A stretch of 63,187 nt of DNA, counting the filler, from Jimgerdemannia flammicorona (lineage: Eukaryota), in assembly GCA_003990765.1 (NCBI GenBank). It is 3 parts of 3 records of this genome, joined end to end, with 100 filler letters (N's around TTAATTAATTAA, not from the genome) between each part and the next. Parts side by side here need not be neighbours in the genome. Positions count along the whole stretch, not along the records: positions 1 to 21,018 come from RBNJ01001547.1; 2 more parts are not named here. One strand, 5' to 3'. Positions 1 through 13,125 of this stretch are shown one piece after another. The translations under genes were made by a program, and so were the position numbers. Numbering within the stretch: the stretch's first letter is position 1; the number at the start of each line of letters is the position of its first letter. The notes below the pieces were generated by a model. That model had not been told where the DNA came from, ran no database searches, and saw only the letters and a program-made list of their open reading frames with translations.

Positions 1-1168
1 TGGACTCATGTCCTACAGATTTTTATTGAAAGGGAACCTAGACTATATAGGTCAAAACCCTCCCCCACTACCCACCAAGCACTGCCCCCCCATTAACTTA
101 GACTAGCTATTGTCCAGCAGCTCAACCATACCAGGTGCAGCAGGGCCAAATAGGCCCATATCTCATTCTATGCACTATGCTCTCCCTATTACCAGAGAAA
201 ACCCAACCATACACCAATGACCAAAAGCACACACCTGAGAACCCAACATATGTACAAGGTCATGCCCGAGCCGAATAGAATAGTCTCTGCCACCTCAAAG
301 AGAATGACAGGCAAAGAAAAAACTCTCATCAAAGTACAACATGGTGGGTAGGACCTAGTTCTCTCAGTTGAGGTGAGTAAAGGACTTACACGTGAGGCAG
401 GAGGAAACCCCCAATACCCCACTACTCAAGCCTGCGGGCCTCGATCACATTGCTATGTCAGCTCCCAGTTCTAGTTAAGTGTAGCCAAGATACCTGAAAT
501 GGGTAGCCTTGGGCCTCCTGACCCCCCCTGATGACTGGGGCCCAACCCTGCTGACTGCCAAAAGAAGTTAATAGTGACACCTACTACCTAACCATGCTGT
601 ACCAATCAAAAGGCCCCACTGAAGCAGTACCTGCCCCAGCCCTGATGACCACCCCCAGCCTGGCACCCCACTGGTCCACCATTATCACTCTTCCTCCTAT
701 CTGTGATGGCCATCTCCCCTCCCATTCCCGACAACACCCAAAAAACAGTCACCTAAACCAGAACTGTGCTTATCAGGAAGCTCGCTAAAGCCAGAGGGCC
801 CTATTACAGGCACTGAGGACCTGCAGGTAACCTATACTGAGCACTTGATGCCCAAGGTCGGCCGACTCCCTATATAGCCCAAGATACACTGAGATAACAC
901 CTTGTTGGCGATGGCAAAAGAAAGAAGGTACCGCACCAAAACGGATATATCCCAGATGCAGCCGAAGGCACCAGAATCCATGAAAAAGTGGAGGAAGTAC
1001 TGATCTGACACCGATAAAGGAACAACTCATTACCATTACCCTCCTCCCACCATGCCCCTGCAGGCACAGCAAACCAACCTAAGGTAGAGGGGGTAATAAT
1101 AGGGGAAAGGGGACTCAGAAGATCGCCTACCAAACCTTGTGACTGGTAAGGTAGCAGAGAAAAGGAGG
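1..1168 (-). mobile_element. Non-autonomous ~1.2 kb retroposon (SINE-like), copy 1
   Basis: Collinear with 18945-20117 over its whole length and stops at the same 5' point (GGTAAGGTAGCAGAGAAAAGG vs AGTAAGGTAGTGGAGAAAGGGG). No recognisable coding domain. The 3' tail falls off the contig start. Confidence 0.75.
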
Positions 1169-2399
1169 TTTGATTTACCCTCTCTCATAGAACTATTTGA
1201 TCTAATCTCCAGAAATTAAGTAACTCTAAGTCATATAGTACCACAACCTCACCAAGTAGAACAATCTTTAGGAAAATCTACTCCAATAGTTCTATCACTA
1301 ATAGTCAACACAATAGTAGATGCCAATATTATAGCTCTGACTACCCAGCTAGCCACACTAGCAGAGATAGTAGAAAGAATTGCTGAACAGAACAAACTAA
1401 CCAAGATCTTGCAAATCCCCACATTTAGTAGAAAAAACAATAATATTGAAACCTTCATCAATATAGTTGATACAAAATACCAAGCAAACCAATAGAATGA
1501 TAACTAAATATCTACAGAAATGCTCAACAATAACTAAAACAATACTCTTTAATAGTTGTTTGCCACATCAGCAGTACAAGTAGAAACAGTAGCTATATTC
1601 TTCACTAGAATAGTAGCTGAGTTCTGGCATATCTTGGAAGAACATTCAGTAATCTGGGAAGACTACTCTCAAATTACAGGCCTAATAGACCAGAGTAGGA
1701 TGACTATATAGCAGACCCAGACCCAGAACTCAAGACTTTACTACTGACTAAATTCCAAAATATAGCCTATATATAAAAAACCTAGAACAAACTGATCCAG
1801 ATGAAGTTCTATAAGAATAATAAGGAGGATCTAGAAACCTTTATTACCAAGATAGATGTTTACCTTAAAAATATAGGACTCACCTATTAGAAAAACAATT
1901 TGGCCATCAATAGTACCAGAGCCAACCACCTCTTTGCAGTCCTATCAGACTAACTCACCCAGAAGATAAAAAAACAAAACCTTCTCTAAGGATATCTCTA
2001 CTACTCATAGTGCTTTGCCTAAGTATAAAGAAGAGTCTGTGAAATCCTTACTACACAGGCCCCATGAAATCCAGAACACAAGAAGGATAACTAAGATAGA
2101 AGAAATTCCACCAGAAGGAATGACTAAAAAAATGATCAAAGAAATAATCAAAGGAACTAGTGAAACTCCAGAGGACCAAGATCTCCCCCTGAGGATGAAA
2201 AGAAGCAGCTTTACAAAAAAGAATTATACTTTATTTGCAGAAAGGCAAGACATATCTCAGTTAGATATCTTGAGAAGAAAACAGACCAGATGAACCTAGT
2301 AACCAGAACATTACTATTATCAGAGAAGGCCCAGGAAAGAAGAACCTTGAGAATGTCATCAAAGTACAGAAGATATGATACAAGGCTACTATCTCCACT

Positions 2400-2770
2400 A
2401 AGGTCCACCCTACTGATATAGGATATAATCTCTATAGTAGCCAAGATCTCACTATTCTACTATGCATCAATGCTACAGTGTGAACAGATATTGCAATATA
2501 AGCCTCTAAAGAAACATACATCTGTCTTATCAAGTGAAGTAGCCTGACCAAAGAATTCAATATTGGGCTAGGAGGAGAAGTAGTTGATTAAGGATTTACT
2601 AGCGAAATCTAAGTTATCTTGCAAAATTTTGGAGACACATCATTTGAAGTCAAAGCAGACCAAAGAATTACCTAAGCAATTATGAAAAAATCTATCAAGA
2701 TCTCACCATTAAAGAAGTCCCCAAGCTCTCTCAGACAGACTGTGGCAAGAAAGAGTTTGGATTAACCAAC
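2400..2770 (+). pseudogene. dut: dUTPase domain of element A (between gag and protease)
   Basis: Decayed trimeric dUTPase motifs in order: DIGYNL (~2414), S*SSL (~2535), GGEVVD*GFTSEI (~2571), RIT*A (~2666), TDCGKKEFGLT (~2735). Confidence 0.8.
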
Positions 2771-5700
2771 AAATCCCCTAGTCAAAAGGTTACCACTATG
2801 AAGGAAGATGATAAAAACTAGTATAAAAGAATTGCAGATAGTTATGCACTATATGGATAATGCCCTCATTCTATTTGAATGTACTGCATAAACATGTTAG
2901 TAAATATCATGCATGCCTCTTCAAAGTTTTCAAAATCAATTCTGAAAGAAACCAAGCCCAATAGACTGAGGAATCCAAATAAGATCACTCTCCTTATAAA
3001 GGATGAGAAGAAACTAACTTTGAGGAGACTGACAGCAATTGGGACAATAATGAGAATGGGGAACTCAACACTATTAAGAAGGAGGACAGTAGTATTAAGT
3101 TCACAGACCAAGTTCACAGACAGAATATCAGTATCTTACTTGATAGTAGTATTACTGAAAACTATATCAGTACCAAGACTACTAAGAGGATTAGAGCCTA
3201 AAGCAGACCAACTACTGAGAAAAGGAGTATTATCTTTAGTGATAGCAAGACTGCATCATTGATCAAGATCTGTGAAGACCTATTGCTCAGGATTAGCAAA
3301 TACTAAGAGAAGTTGGACTTCAGCATTATAGATCTTCTAGGATAAGATATTATTTTAAGAAAAACCTGGTTGACTCAATACAATCCAGACATCAATTGGA
3401 GGACCAATGAGATTAACCTGATCTATTAAGATAGAAAGATTACCCTGATACCTCAGGAAGGTACCAATCACTAAGGAATTGAAATTATCTCTGCCATTCA
3501 AATGAAGAGACTCTCCTGTAAAAAAGAAAACATCTACTTCATCTATACTATACAAAAAGTCACTGAAGCTTCAAGTAGTCCAATCCTATCAGAAGCTCAA
3601 AAACTATTTGAGAAATTCCAAGATGTATTCCAGGATCCCCAAGGACTTCCACCCAAGTATTAAATCTAATATGGAATTGATCTTATTCTAGAATCTGAAC
3701 CTCTATATAAGAGTATCTATCAACTAGCCCAACCTAAACTCAAGACTCTTAAGGATGAGTTGATCAAACTATTGGCCCAAGGATATATTGAACCCAGCTG
3801 CTCTCCATTTGGAGTCCCTATTCTATTTATCAAGAAGAAAGATGGCTCTCTGCAAATGTGTATTGACTACAGAGCTCTCAATAAGATCACTATCAAGAAT
3901 CAGTATATCTTGCCTAAGATTGATAAGTTATTGTACCAGATCTTTAATACAAAGACCTTTTTCCTACTGGACTTGCAAAATAGCTACCACCAGATCCTTA
4001 TTGATGAAAAAGACAATGAGAAGACAGCTTTCTGAATACAGTTTGGATACTACCAGTTCTGAGTCATGCTTTTTTATTTGATTAATACATTAGTAATATT
4101 CTGGTATCTAATGAATAATATCTTTGGACTACTGCTTAATATTTGTATTCTTGTATATATTAATAATATACTAATCTATAGTGAAACAGTAGAGCTATAC
4201 TACACTCACCTCAAATAGATACTAACTCTTCTGTAAGAATACCAGCTCTATACCAAGATGAGTAAGTATAAGTTTTATCAAAACTAGATTGAGTACCTAG
4301 GACATATTATCTCTGCTAAAGGTATCAACATAGACCTCTAAAAGATATCAGCCCTCAAGGATATTCCCATCCCCACTACTCTCAAGCTACTCCAGTACTT
4401 TCTGGATATTATCAGTTACTACTAAAGGTTCATCTAAGAATATTCTGCTATTGCAGCCCCACTAACTAGTCTGGTCTGCAAAGGAGTGAACATCAAGACT
4501 GAATGGACCTCTGAGTGTATCCAGGCTATGGACTATCTCAAGAAACTCCTTACTGAGGCCCCAGTACTAATTGCACCTGACTCTACTATATTATTTACTC
4601 TGACCACAGATATCTCTGATATTGCTATTGAGGTAGTATTTAGCCAAGAAGACCACTTAGTAGCTTACCTTTCCCAGAAGCTCAAGCCAGCTGAGATCTG
4701 GTATACATACTACCCATGAGAAAGAACTTCTGGCCATTATTACTGTACTCCAGAAATAGCACTATTTCCTTCTAGGACAACTATTTGTGACCTACACCAA
4801 TCATTATGCTCTATAGTACATTTATACACAGCTCATACTGACCCATAGATAAGTCTGCTAGATGGAAATCATTGTCAACTTTGATATAGAAATTAAGTAT
4901 ATCCCAGACAAAACCAACCATATGGCTGATAGTTTCTCCAGATATATGAAAGATGAACTTGTTTTTATAGTTGAGATAATTGGAGATCTTACCCAGATAA
5001 TTAAAGATGGCTACTAACAGGACAGCCCTCTGGTGAAATTCCTTCAAATCTGTTAAGACCCAGAGACCAAGGTTCTAGAACCCATGAGGCAAATATCCAA
5101 AAAATTCACTTACTATAATAGACTTATCTACAGAGATCATAACAGAGTAGTTATATTTAATAATAATACTCTACAGCTCAAGATCATGTAGGAACTTCAT
5201 GACATCTCTATAGTAAGATACTTTGGTTTTGAAAAAACTTACAATCTCCTCTTAAGAGAGTTCTACTGATTAAAGATAACCAAGGATATCAAAGATTTCA
5301 TAGCCTTATATGAGATATATCAAAGGTTTAAGAGTAGTAATAAACTACTAGCAGGACTTCTGCAACCCCTGCCCATCTCAAGTTATAACTGGGATTAGAT
5401 TGCAATAGACTTCATTGTCCAGCTTCCCAAGACTAAGGTAAGATGAGATGCCATTGTAGTATTTATAGACTGCTTAAGCAAATAAGCCCATTTTGTACTC
5501 ACTAAGACCACTGCTATAGTATTAAAGATTGCCAAGATCTTTCTCAACCAAGTATTCAGACTATATAGCATATCTAGCATCATTGTATCTGACTGAGATA
5601 CAAAGTTTATAAGTAACTTCTAGAAGGCATTTTTCTCTCTCCATAGAATCAAACTGAAGTTCTTTACTACCTACTACCCCCAGACTGATAGTCAGACTGA

Positions 5701-6269
5701 GTGAATCAATAGGACCCTCAAGTAGATGCTTAGTATCTTCTGTTATTACAAGCAGAATAATTGGGATAAGTACCTAGCCCATACTGAGTTTGTCTATAAC
5801 AATAGCCAGCAAACTTCTATAAAGAAGACTTTATTCTTCCTAAACTATAGTCAATACCTAAGGACCCCAAGTACTACTGCAAAATCAGTAGTCTCAGTAG
5901 TCCAAGATCTGGCCAAGACCATTTCTGACCTTATCTGAATGATAAGAGATACTCTCATAGAAGCAAAATACTATCAGACCAAGTATATAAACTTGAAGGA
6001 AAGTCTTCTACAATATTAGTGACATAGTCATACTTAGAATAGACTACCTCTATCTAGACACTCTGATATAACAACCAGCCAAGAAACTCTATACTAGAAG
6101 AATTGAACTATACAAAATTGTAGAAAAAGTCAGCAAAGTTAACTACAAGTTATAACTTCCTTACAATATCTAAGTTCATCCAGTATTCCATATTAGCTAA
6201 CTGGCAGACTACTATAAGAACTTATTCTCTGAGTATACAGTTCTACCACTATTCTCAATTAGGATTAAT

Positions 6270-6440
6270 GATTATGAGGAATTTAAAATTGAGAAAATAC
6301 TTGACCACAAGATTCAAAAATATACCAAAACAGTCAAGTAGTTTTTTCTCATCAAGTGAAAGAGTTACTTCATCTATAATATTATCTGGGAAAAAGAAAA
6401 AGCTCTAGAGAATATACATGAAGCCCTCTAGGACTATATG
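6270..6440 (+). pseudogene. Integrase C-terminal chromodomain of element A
   Basis: EEFKIEKILDHK...FFLIK*KSY...IWE..LE pattern directly after the integrase GPY/F-type region. Confidence 0.75.
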
Positions 6441-7133
6441 GAAATACTCACTCCCCAGCAGGGGAAGGAACTACAGCTCTAAAACTTAGAGTATATAGCA
6501 AGTAAAGAAAACACCATATATTTATCTGAAATATATAATACTAAATATTGCAGAAAAATAAATACTATAATTAATCAATAAGAAGATACTTAGGCAAAGA
6601 ATAATCCAGTAAGATATAGCAAAATATATTTGAATAATTCCATTTACACTATCTATATCATCTCTGTTGGATGATGATAGATACTTCATATAGAACTTAG
6701 AAAGGCTGACAATGTTGAAACCAATCTAAGTCTATCTATATAACAGATATTGTTACTAGAAATTGCCTTAAATTATAAGAAAATCTATTTCTGAGAGGTT
6801 TGAACTCTCAGCCATAATAATGAGAGCTCTTACTCTAGATAAGGATGGCTAATTCTTGCAAATATATCAACCAGATAAAAAAAAAGAAGACCAAGATCTG
6901 TCAACTCTGTGTAATTACAACTGTAAGTAGTAATAGTTTCGAAATTAGGATTTTCTCATATGACTAATATATGCTCTATTTATAGCAACTGATTATACAT
7001 TCTGCTGAAAAGCATGATTGAATTAAAGTCACCAGATTACACCAGATAGGTGAATAAGTATAAATACTTAAGGCAAGAACACACCACAACTCTTATCTCC
7101 CTCTCTTCTTCACAAAGAAAAAACAAGGCAAGA

Positions 7134-7757
7134 ATGTCTACTATCTATCACCAAACTACTCACTATAGCCAGCCCCTTTTAAGTCAGGTTGATCATCTTT
7201 TTAGATACATCCAGGTTTCTATTCAAGGAAGAAACCACTGCTCTGAGGCTGTTAACCTCTCTAGCCAGGACCTAGGACAGTATGTTCTTGACTACTATAA
7301 ACTCATCAAAAGAGCCTACCTTGCTACTAGCTACTTAGAAATTTGGTATGAATATGAAATTGGCCATCAACTTCTTCAATGTGCAAATGGCCTACCTACT
7401 AATCAGATCTCAGACTGAACCCATCTAGATAGGCACAAGCAAGGACTAGTCAAGAAAGTTCATCAAATAATATGCCATATACTCTTTATAATCTCCAATC
7501 TCAACTACATACAACTGAAGGACTTCCAGAACCTCTTCTTTCCAGAAGTTGATAAGCTAGAGATCAAGGTAGTCTAAGAAGCCAACTTCTGGATTATCCT
7601 TAAGTCTATTGACATTGAACTCCACTGGAGTTCCCTTCTGAATAACAACTCAGACCAATGGCTTCAAGGTCTCTCTAATCTCTTTAAAGGACCATCTATC
7701 CAAATAGATATTCTCAGACATAAGGATCAAGAATCCTACTTAGATAATCCTACCTAT
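7134..7757 (+). pseudogene. ORF-X accessory protein homolog, truncated by element B; probably lies in an LTR whose start I cannot fix
   Basis: Reading through two stops gives MSTIYHQ...SYLEIWYEYEIGHQLL...KKVHQIICHILFIISNLNYIQLKDF...LNNNSDQWLQGLSNLFKGPSIQI, collinear with the LTR ORF of element D. TATAAATA at ~7059 lies upstream. Confidence 0.8.
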
Positions 7758-9306
7758 TGTAACGTGCTGGCTCAATAGAGGCAAATTACAAGGTTGGGGG
7801 TTGATGTAGTTTGGCTTGAGCCCCCAGTTACTTTGTTAAAAGCAACAAAATGTTCTTGGTGTTTAGCGGTATAATAGTCAAAGCTGGATATCTGCGAGTG
7901 ATTTCCTTATTGAGACTGTTCTCTGGGTGTAGCGGCAATTTGTGTGTGAATGGGTTTCCTTCTTGGGTCAACTGGGAATGCCACAATAATTTGTGTAGCA
8001 CAACGATCTCCAAAAGTATGCAATTTCTGGGTATAACAGTCTGGCAATTTAGTGGTTCTCTTTCTGCAGTTTCTGCATAATGATCTCTGTATAGTGTGAC
8101 AGTTTTCAAAAGTATGCGATTTCTGAGTGACGGTCTAGGTGTGATGATCTTCATGTAGCGTGACAATTTTCAAAAGTATGCGATTTCTGGCAGATGACTC
8201 GATTCACTGGGAATTATATGGCACGGGTTCTTCTTCTGGGAACAATAGCTCAGATGGCGAGGATAATTCGAATAACTGGGAATAATGCTGGCAGCGGATT
8301 CTTCTCGGGCTCACTGGGAATAACGAATAACTCAGATAGCTCTTCTGGGAATGCGGATAACTTGAAAATGGCGAATGATGTGGATTCTTCCTGAATCGGT
8401 GGGCTTCTTGGAAATGGTGACTTCGACTGGGAATTAACTCAGGTGGTGCGGATTCTTCTAAATCGGTGGCTTCAACTAGGAATATGGCAGATAACTTAGA
8501 AACAGCAGGGTTTAACTGAGAAATGGGATGGCATTAGAAAGGGTCTCTTGGTAAAGTTACATCAAAGACTGGCTTCGTTTGCATGGGGTTGCATTGTAGA
8601 CTGGCTCCACTGCGAAGTTGCGTCAGAAACTGGCTTGAGCAAGGCGGCTTTCTCTTAGGCAGAAATCTTCAGGCTTATCTAGCAAGTGAACCAAAAATGT
8701 AGCAGCTTATTCCTTAAGCGGCGGATTACTCTTCAAAAGGGTGGCAAAGTTCTTCTTGAACTTGGGCGGCAAATCTTCAGGCTTATCTGGCAAGCGAACC
8801 AATAGTTTCAAAGGCGGCGAAGTTCTTCCTCGAACTTGGCAGCAAAATCAGCTTTGTATCAGAAAGTGGACCAGAGTAGAAAGGGGACCAATGCTCAATC
8901 TTTAGAGGCTTGTTTGGTATTTGTATTTTGGACTGAGGTTTTATTCACTCTCGCCTCTGGGGTAATTTATACAAGTTGGTTGCTATCTGGTTACTATGTG
9001 GCTAACTATAGATTTGCTATCTTTGGTAATGTTTGGGTGTGTCCTCTGGGTACAGGTGTGTCCACAGGACATGAGTGTGTCTGCAGGACATAAGTGTGTC
9101 TGTAGGACATGAGTGTGTCCACCGGACATGAGTGTGTCTGCAGGACACAGGTAAATAATCCTGATCTGGTGTCTTGGCTAATTATAAGTGTGGCAGGCAT
9201 GAGTAACTATGATATACTGGAAGTCACATCATGCTGAGTAAGTATGCTAATTGTTCGCATCATCTGACTAAGTTATAATTCAGGTAGTACATTTTGGTCT
9301 ATTATA
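7758..9306 (-). repeat. 3' LTR of element B
   Basis: Starts TGTAACGTGCTGGCTCAATAGAGG and ends TTGGTCTATTATA (decayed TGTTACA). Matches 16895-18308. Purine tract CAGTGGGGGCTGA abuts it on the minus strand. Confidence 0.95.
9036..9152. repeat. 19-bp palindromic tandem array (AGGACATGAGTGTGTCTGC) in U3 of element B
   Basis: Four full units plus degenerate flanking units. Only two full units at the same site in the other LTR (18076-18154). Confidence 0.9.
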
Positions 9307-9345
9307 TCAGCCCCCACTGAAGGGTAGTCTGCCTCAGACTATTCT

Positions 9346-9855
9346 TCAGTCATCACCCCAATAGGCATAAGCAGCTTCTGTATCTATACCTGTTCCATCA
9401 TCATCTGAGCTGTGGTCACTCCATTTCAGGGGCTCTTCTTCTTCCTCGGGAAATAGGATCTCTACTTGATGAATAATGCTGAGGTAGGTGGGCTGTGTCA
9501 TCCTTTGGAGGTCATTCAGGGAAAACTGGGTCTGGATTAAGGCAGAAGGATTTTGTTTATAGATTGTGTATAGTCTGTCTGCGGCAGTAGTATTCCTTCT
9601 GTTCAGGCCAGTGGTGTTTCGGACATAGGCTAGGTCGGGGAGAGGAAGATTCTGCAATTGTTCTCCAATTGCATAATATGCCTACAGCTGGTGGACCTGG
9701 AGTAGCCTCTCGGCCAAAGTGAGGTTCTCTTGATGAACTTGAATTCTCTGAAGATAGGTTCCATTGGGTTCCCAGAACTGAGGCAGGGGAACTGGTAGTG
9801 CTTGGAGGGAACTGAGAACAAGAGTTTGGAGGTGGTTGTCAATTCTCTAATTTAT
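9346..9855 (-). pseudogene. ORF-X of element B (170 codons incl. stop; between integrase and PPT)
   Basis: ATG->ATA and two in-frame TAG stops at Gln positions. Translation (I)N*RIDNHLQTLVLSSLQALPVPLPQF...HQL*AYYAIGEQL...AADRLYTIY...EEEEE...WGDD aligns end to end with 30525-31040. Confidence 0.9.
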
Positions 9856-9869
9856 GGTATGAGAAGTAT

Positions 9870-10915
9870 ATCTTGAGGCGATTGATGTGTACTGGTGTTC
9901 TCAGGGTTTGTCCATCTATGCTTCTTAAATAGATACTGGTTCCTCTGATGTTGTGTACAAGATAAGGTCCTTCTCATTTTGGTTCCAGTTTGGCAGCAAA
10001 GTTTGTCTCAATCATACTTCTCCAAACTAAGACTTGATCTCCAATCTTGATCTCCTGATCCTTCTGTTTTTGGTTATAGTACTTCTTTTGTCTTTTCTGG
10101 GCTTTGATAATCTATCCTTGGGCTTGATTTCGTAACTGTTCTGTCTTCTTGAGGAGGTCTCTGAGATTCTCATGGTCAGCGGTTCTGGTTTTTTTGGCAA
10201 ACATCATTTCGAATGGCTTTTGTTTAGTGGAGGTGGCAGGGGTATTCCAAATTTCCCATAGGATCTCAGGTAAGCAGAGGTCCCAATTAATAGGGTTGAC
10301 TTAGGCAAGTCCTTTCTTGATGGTCTGGTTCATTCTTTCTATCATGCCATTGGTCTGGGGGTAGTATGATATGGTCCTTTTGAGGTGGATCTTGTGAATT
10401 CGGGTATAACTTGTGATTATGTTGTTGATGAATTCTGTGCCTCAGTCAGAGATGAGTTCTTCCGGAGGTCCATATCTGAGTGTGAGTCCATAGAGGAGGC
10501 CTACAATGGTTAAGGCATCTGCAATTTCCATTGGGAAAGCCTCAGGCCACTTAGTTAGATGTTCTATGAATATAAGGATGTATTTGTTTCTTCTTGGTGT
10601 AACTGGTAGAGATCCAATTATGTCTACTCCCCATCTTTGAAAAATGTGAGTGGGTGGGGGAATCGATTGCAGAGGGGCTTGATAGTTCTTCTTTCCTTGG
10701 TACTTCTGGCAGGTGTTACATTTCTGGATGATGCCCCGAACTTGAGTTCTGAGGTGGGGCCAATGTTGATATTGTTTTCGAATCCTGTCTTCTATGCTTG
10801 TCTGTCCTTGGTGGGCCTTCTGATGTTCTTTTTGAATAAGACCTTCTTGTGCTTTGATAGTCTGAGGAGCTTCCTTTAGGGTGTGGTTCCTCAGGACACC
10901 CTTCCTCTGATTCAT
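9870..10915 (-). pseudogene. Integrase of element B (separate reading frame)
   Basis: HQKAH...CNTC zinc finger, WGVDIIG, LISD, YYPQTNGMIE, and KLEPK*EGPY. Confidence 0.9.
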
Positions 10916-12385
10916 TGGGGCTGGTGGGAAAGTACATCAACATTGTTGTGGGCTTTCCCTGCTTTGTGAATGATGGTGATTTTGTAATCCTGAAGGATAA
11001 GGATCCAGTGGACTAGAATTCCAGCAGGTTCCTTGCAGTTGAATAGTCATTTGAGGGCTGCATGGTCTGTGATCAGGGTGAACATTTTTCCGATGAGGTA
11101 ATGCTTGAACAGGGTGACCACCCATATGACTGCAAGACACTCCAGTTTGGTGCTACCATAGTTCATCTGCTGCTGGTTGGTGGCTCTGCTTGCATAAGCT
11201 ATCACATGGTGCTATTGGTCAGGTCCTTCTTGGGCTAGAACTGCTCCTAGGCCATCTTTAGAAGTATCTATATACAAGATAAATGGCTTCTGTAGATTGG
11301 GGTGCACAAGGATTGGTGCTATAGTCATGTGGTTCTTGAGTTCTCTGAAAGCTTTTTCTTGTGATTCTGTCCATTTGAAGGGTACTCCTTTCTTAAGAAG
11401 GATTCAGATTGGGGCAGTGATTTGGGCAAAATCTTTGATAAACCTTCTGTAGTAGGATACTAGCATCAAGAATGATAGTGTTTCCTTTGGAGTCTTGGGT
11501 ACTGGCCAATTGTTGATCTTCTCGGTTTTCTTTGGATCTGCATGAGTTCCTTCTTTTGAAACCATAAATCCTAAGAATTTGAGTTTCTGTTTTCCAAAGT
11601 AGCATTTCTTTGCATTCAGTCTCAGGTGATTCTTGTGGGTGAGCTTGAAGAATTCCTCTAGGTGGTGCAGGTATTCTTTGAAATTTGCTGAATAGATGTT
11701 GGAATCATCTATGTATATAATTAGACAGTGGTGGATCAAGGGGGCATACACCGAATTCATCATCCTCTGGAAGGTGGGGGGTACATTGCAAAGTCCAAAG
11801 GGCATTCGGAGGTATTCAAACAGTTTTCCTAAAGCAAGGAAGGCTGTCTTTTGAATGTCCTTGGGGTCCATGGGGATTTCGTGGAATCCTGCGAAGAGGT
11901 TCATACTGCTGAAGTATCTGGCATCTTGTAACTGGTCCAAAAGGTCATCGATTCTGGGTAAAGGATAAGCATCCTTTTCAGTGACTGAGTTGAGTTTTCT
12001 GTAATCCACACAGAGTCTCCATTCTCCTTTCTTTGGTACAATAAGTATAGGACTAGCCCAGGGGCTAGTAGAGGGTCGGATGACTCCATTGTCTAAGAGT
12101 TCTTGGATGTGCTCCTTTTTGAATATTTTCAAGTAATGGGGTATCCTATAGGGTTTCTGCCAGATGGGTGTTGCATTTCCTGTATTTATGCTGTTGTAGT
12201 ATGATGGGTTGTATGGTAGGTTGCTATAATCGGTGGTGAAGATATCTTGATATTTGTTGAGAAGTTCTACTAGTTGTTGCTGTTGTTGAGGTATCAATTC
12301 TTCTCTAATGTTGGTGGAAGGCTTCACTGTCTCCTGGGTCACAGAGGGGCCTTTCCTTTCTTCTGGAACCTTTTGCCATTTCCTG
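10912..12385 (-). pseudogene. pol: Reverse transcriptase and RNase H of element B
   Basis: PSTSPWASPILIVPKKGEWRLCVDYRKLN, MPFGLCN and YIDD in ORF 11404-12342. RNase H LYIDTSKDGLGAVL follows. Confidence 0.95.
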
Positions 12386-12734
12386 ATAGGTTTAGTTCAT
12401 AAACTTCCCTATAAGTTCAGTTGAGAAAAGGCACCAGATGTCCTATGATGGTTCCTTTTGGCAGGATGATGGTCTCCCAACTTTGGTTGGTTGCTTGGGA
12501 GTGTACTGGGTTCATCTTGTCAGGAAATGTGTATCCCTCTATATCCAGGTGTGGGATATCTTCCTTGGGTTCAAAGAAAAGGTTCCTGGGGTCGGGTGGT
12601 GCAAAGATTTCGAAGGTGGTTTGTTCTCCAGGCTCCAGGATGAGATTTTTGTGCAGTCTAACTGGTTGGCAGTATACTTGCTGGGGAACATTCCTCTTGA
12701 GGTAGTTGACTTGAAGGAGATGTACCTCTTTTCT

Positions 12735-13125
12735 GTCTGAACTTCCAAATCCCTCAGCTTGTCTTGTTCCTTCAGTTAGTTCAGAGACTTCCTGTAACTG
12801 TGGAGTCTTGACTTTCATGAAGACTGCTTGGGCAATCTTCTGTCCTCTAATGATTTGGTGCCATTCTGCACTGCTGTTGTATAGGATGATCTTGATTTCG
12901 CCTATATATCCAGGGTCAATGGTTTCTCCTTCTATAGTTATCCCTTGTCTGGCAAGTCCGGACCTTGAGGTCAGTTGAATATAAGCTCCTTAAGGTGGCT
13001 GCATGGCTAATCTGGTTCTGACCATGAAGGTTTTTCCAGGCTTGATAGATTCATCCTCCAGGCTGTGAAGATCATATCCTACATCCTCTGGGTGGGCTTT
13101 GGTCAGGGGTTTGGCCTTGGGGTGT
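12735..13125 (-). pseudogene. dut: dUTPase domain of element B (between protease and RT)
   Basis: KAHPEDVGYDL, SRSGLA, IDPGYIGEI, KIAQAV and TRQAEGFGSS motifs. Confidence 0.92.

Larger units (their letters stand above)
1170..6482 (+). mobile_element. Degenerate Ty3/gypsy chromovirus internal region (element A): gag-dUTPase-PR-RT-RH-INT-chromodomain
   Basis: Decayed zinc knuckle ~2225-2270 (FICRKARHISVR). Protease ILLDSSITENYI ~3130 and IILRKTW ~3350. RT LLAQGYIEPSCSPFGVPILFIKKKDGSLQMCIDYRALNK (ORF 3760-4035). RNase H FTLTTDISDIAI (ORF 4486-4719). Integrase core 5190-5870. Chromodomain EEFKIEKILDHK ~6278. Many C->T/G->A stops. Confidence 0.9.

Noticed and set aside
6785..6850. tRNA T-arm-like sequence on the minus strand (GAGAGTTCAAACCTCTC)
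   Set aside because: No convincing cloverleaf could be built from the flanks.
9036..9152. Regular repeats resembling a CRISPR array (also 31234-31306 and 20712-20826)
   Set aside because: Mostly head-to-tail units without unique spacers, inside eukaryotic LTRs, with no cas genes.
7828..9200. Short ORFs in the B/C LTRs (e.g. 7828-8166, 8836-9093, 16965-17402)
   Set aside because: They derive from repeat modules, are broken by indels between LTR copies, and show no domain signal.
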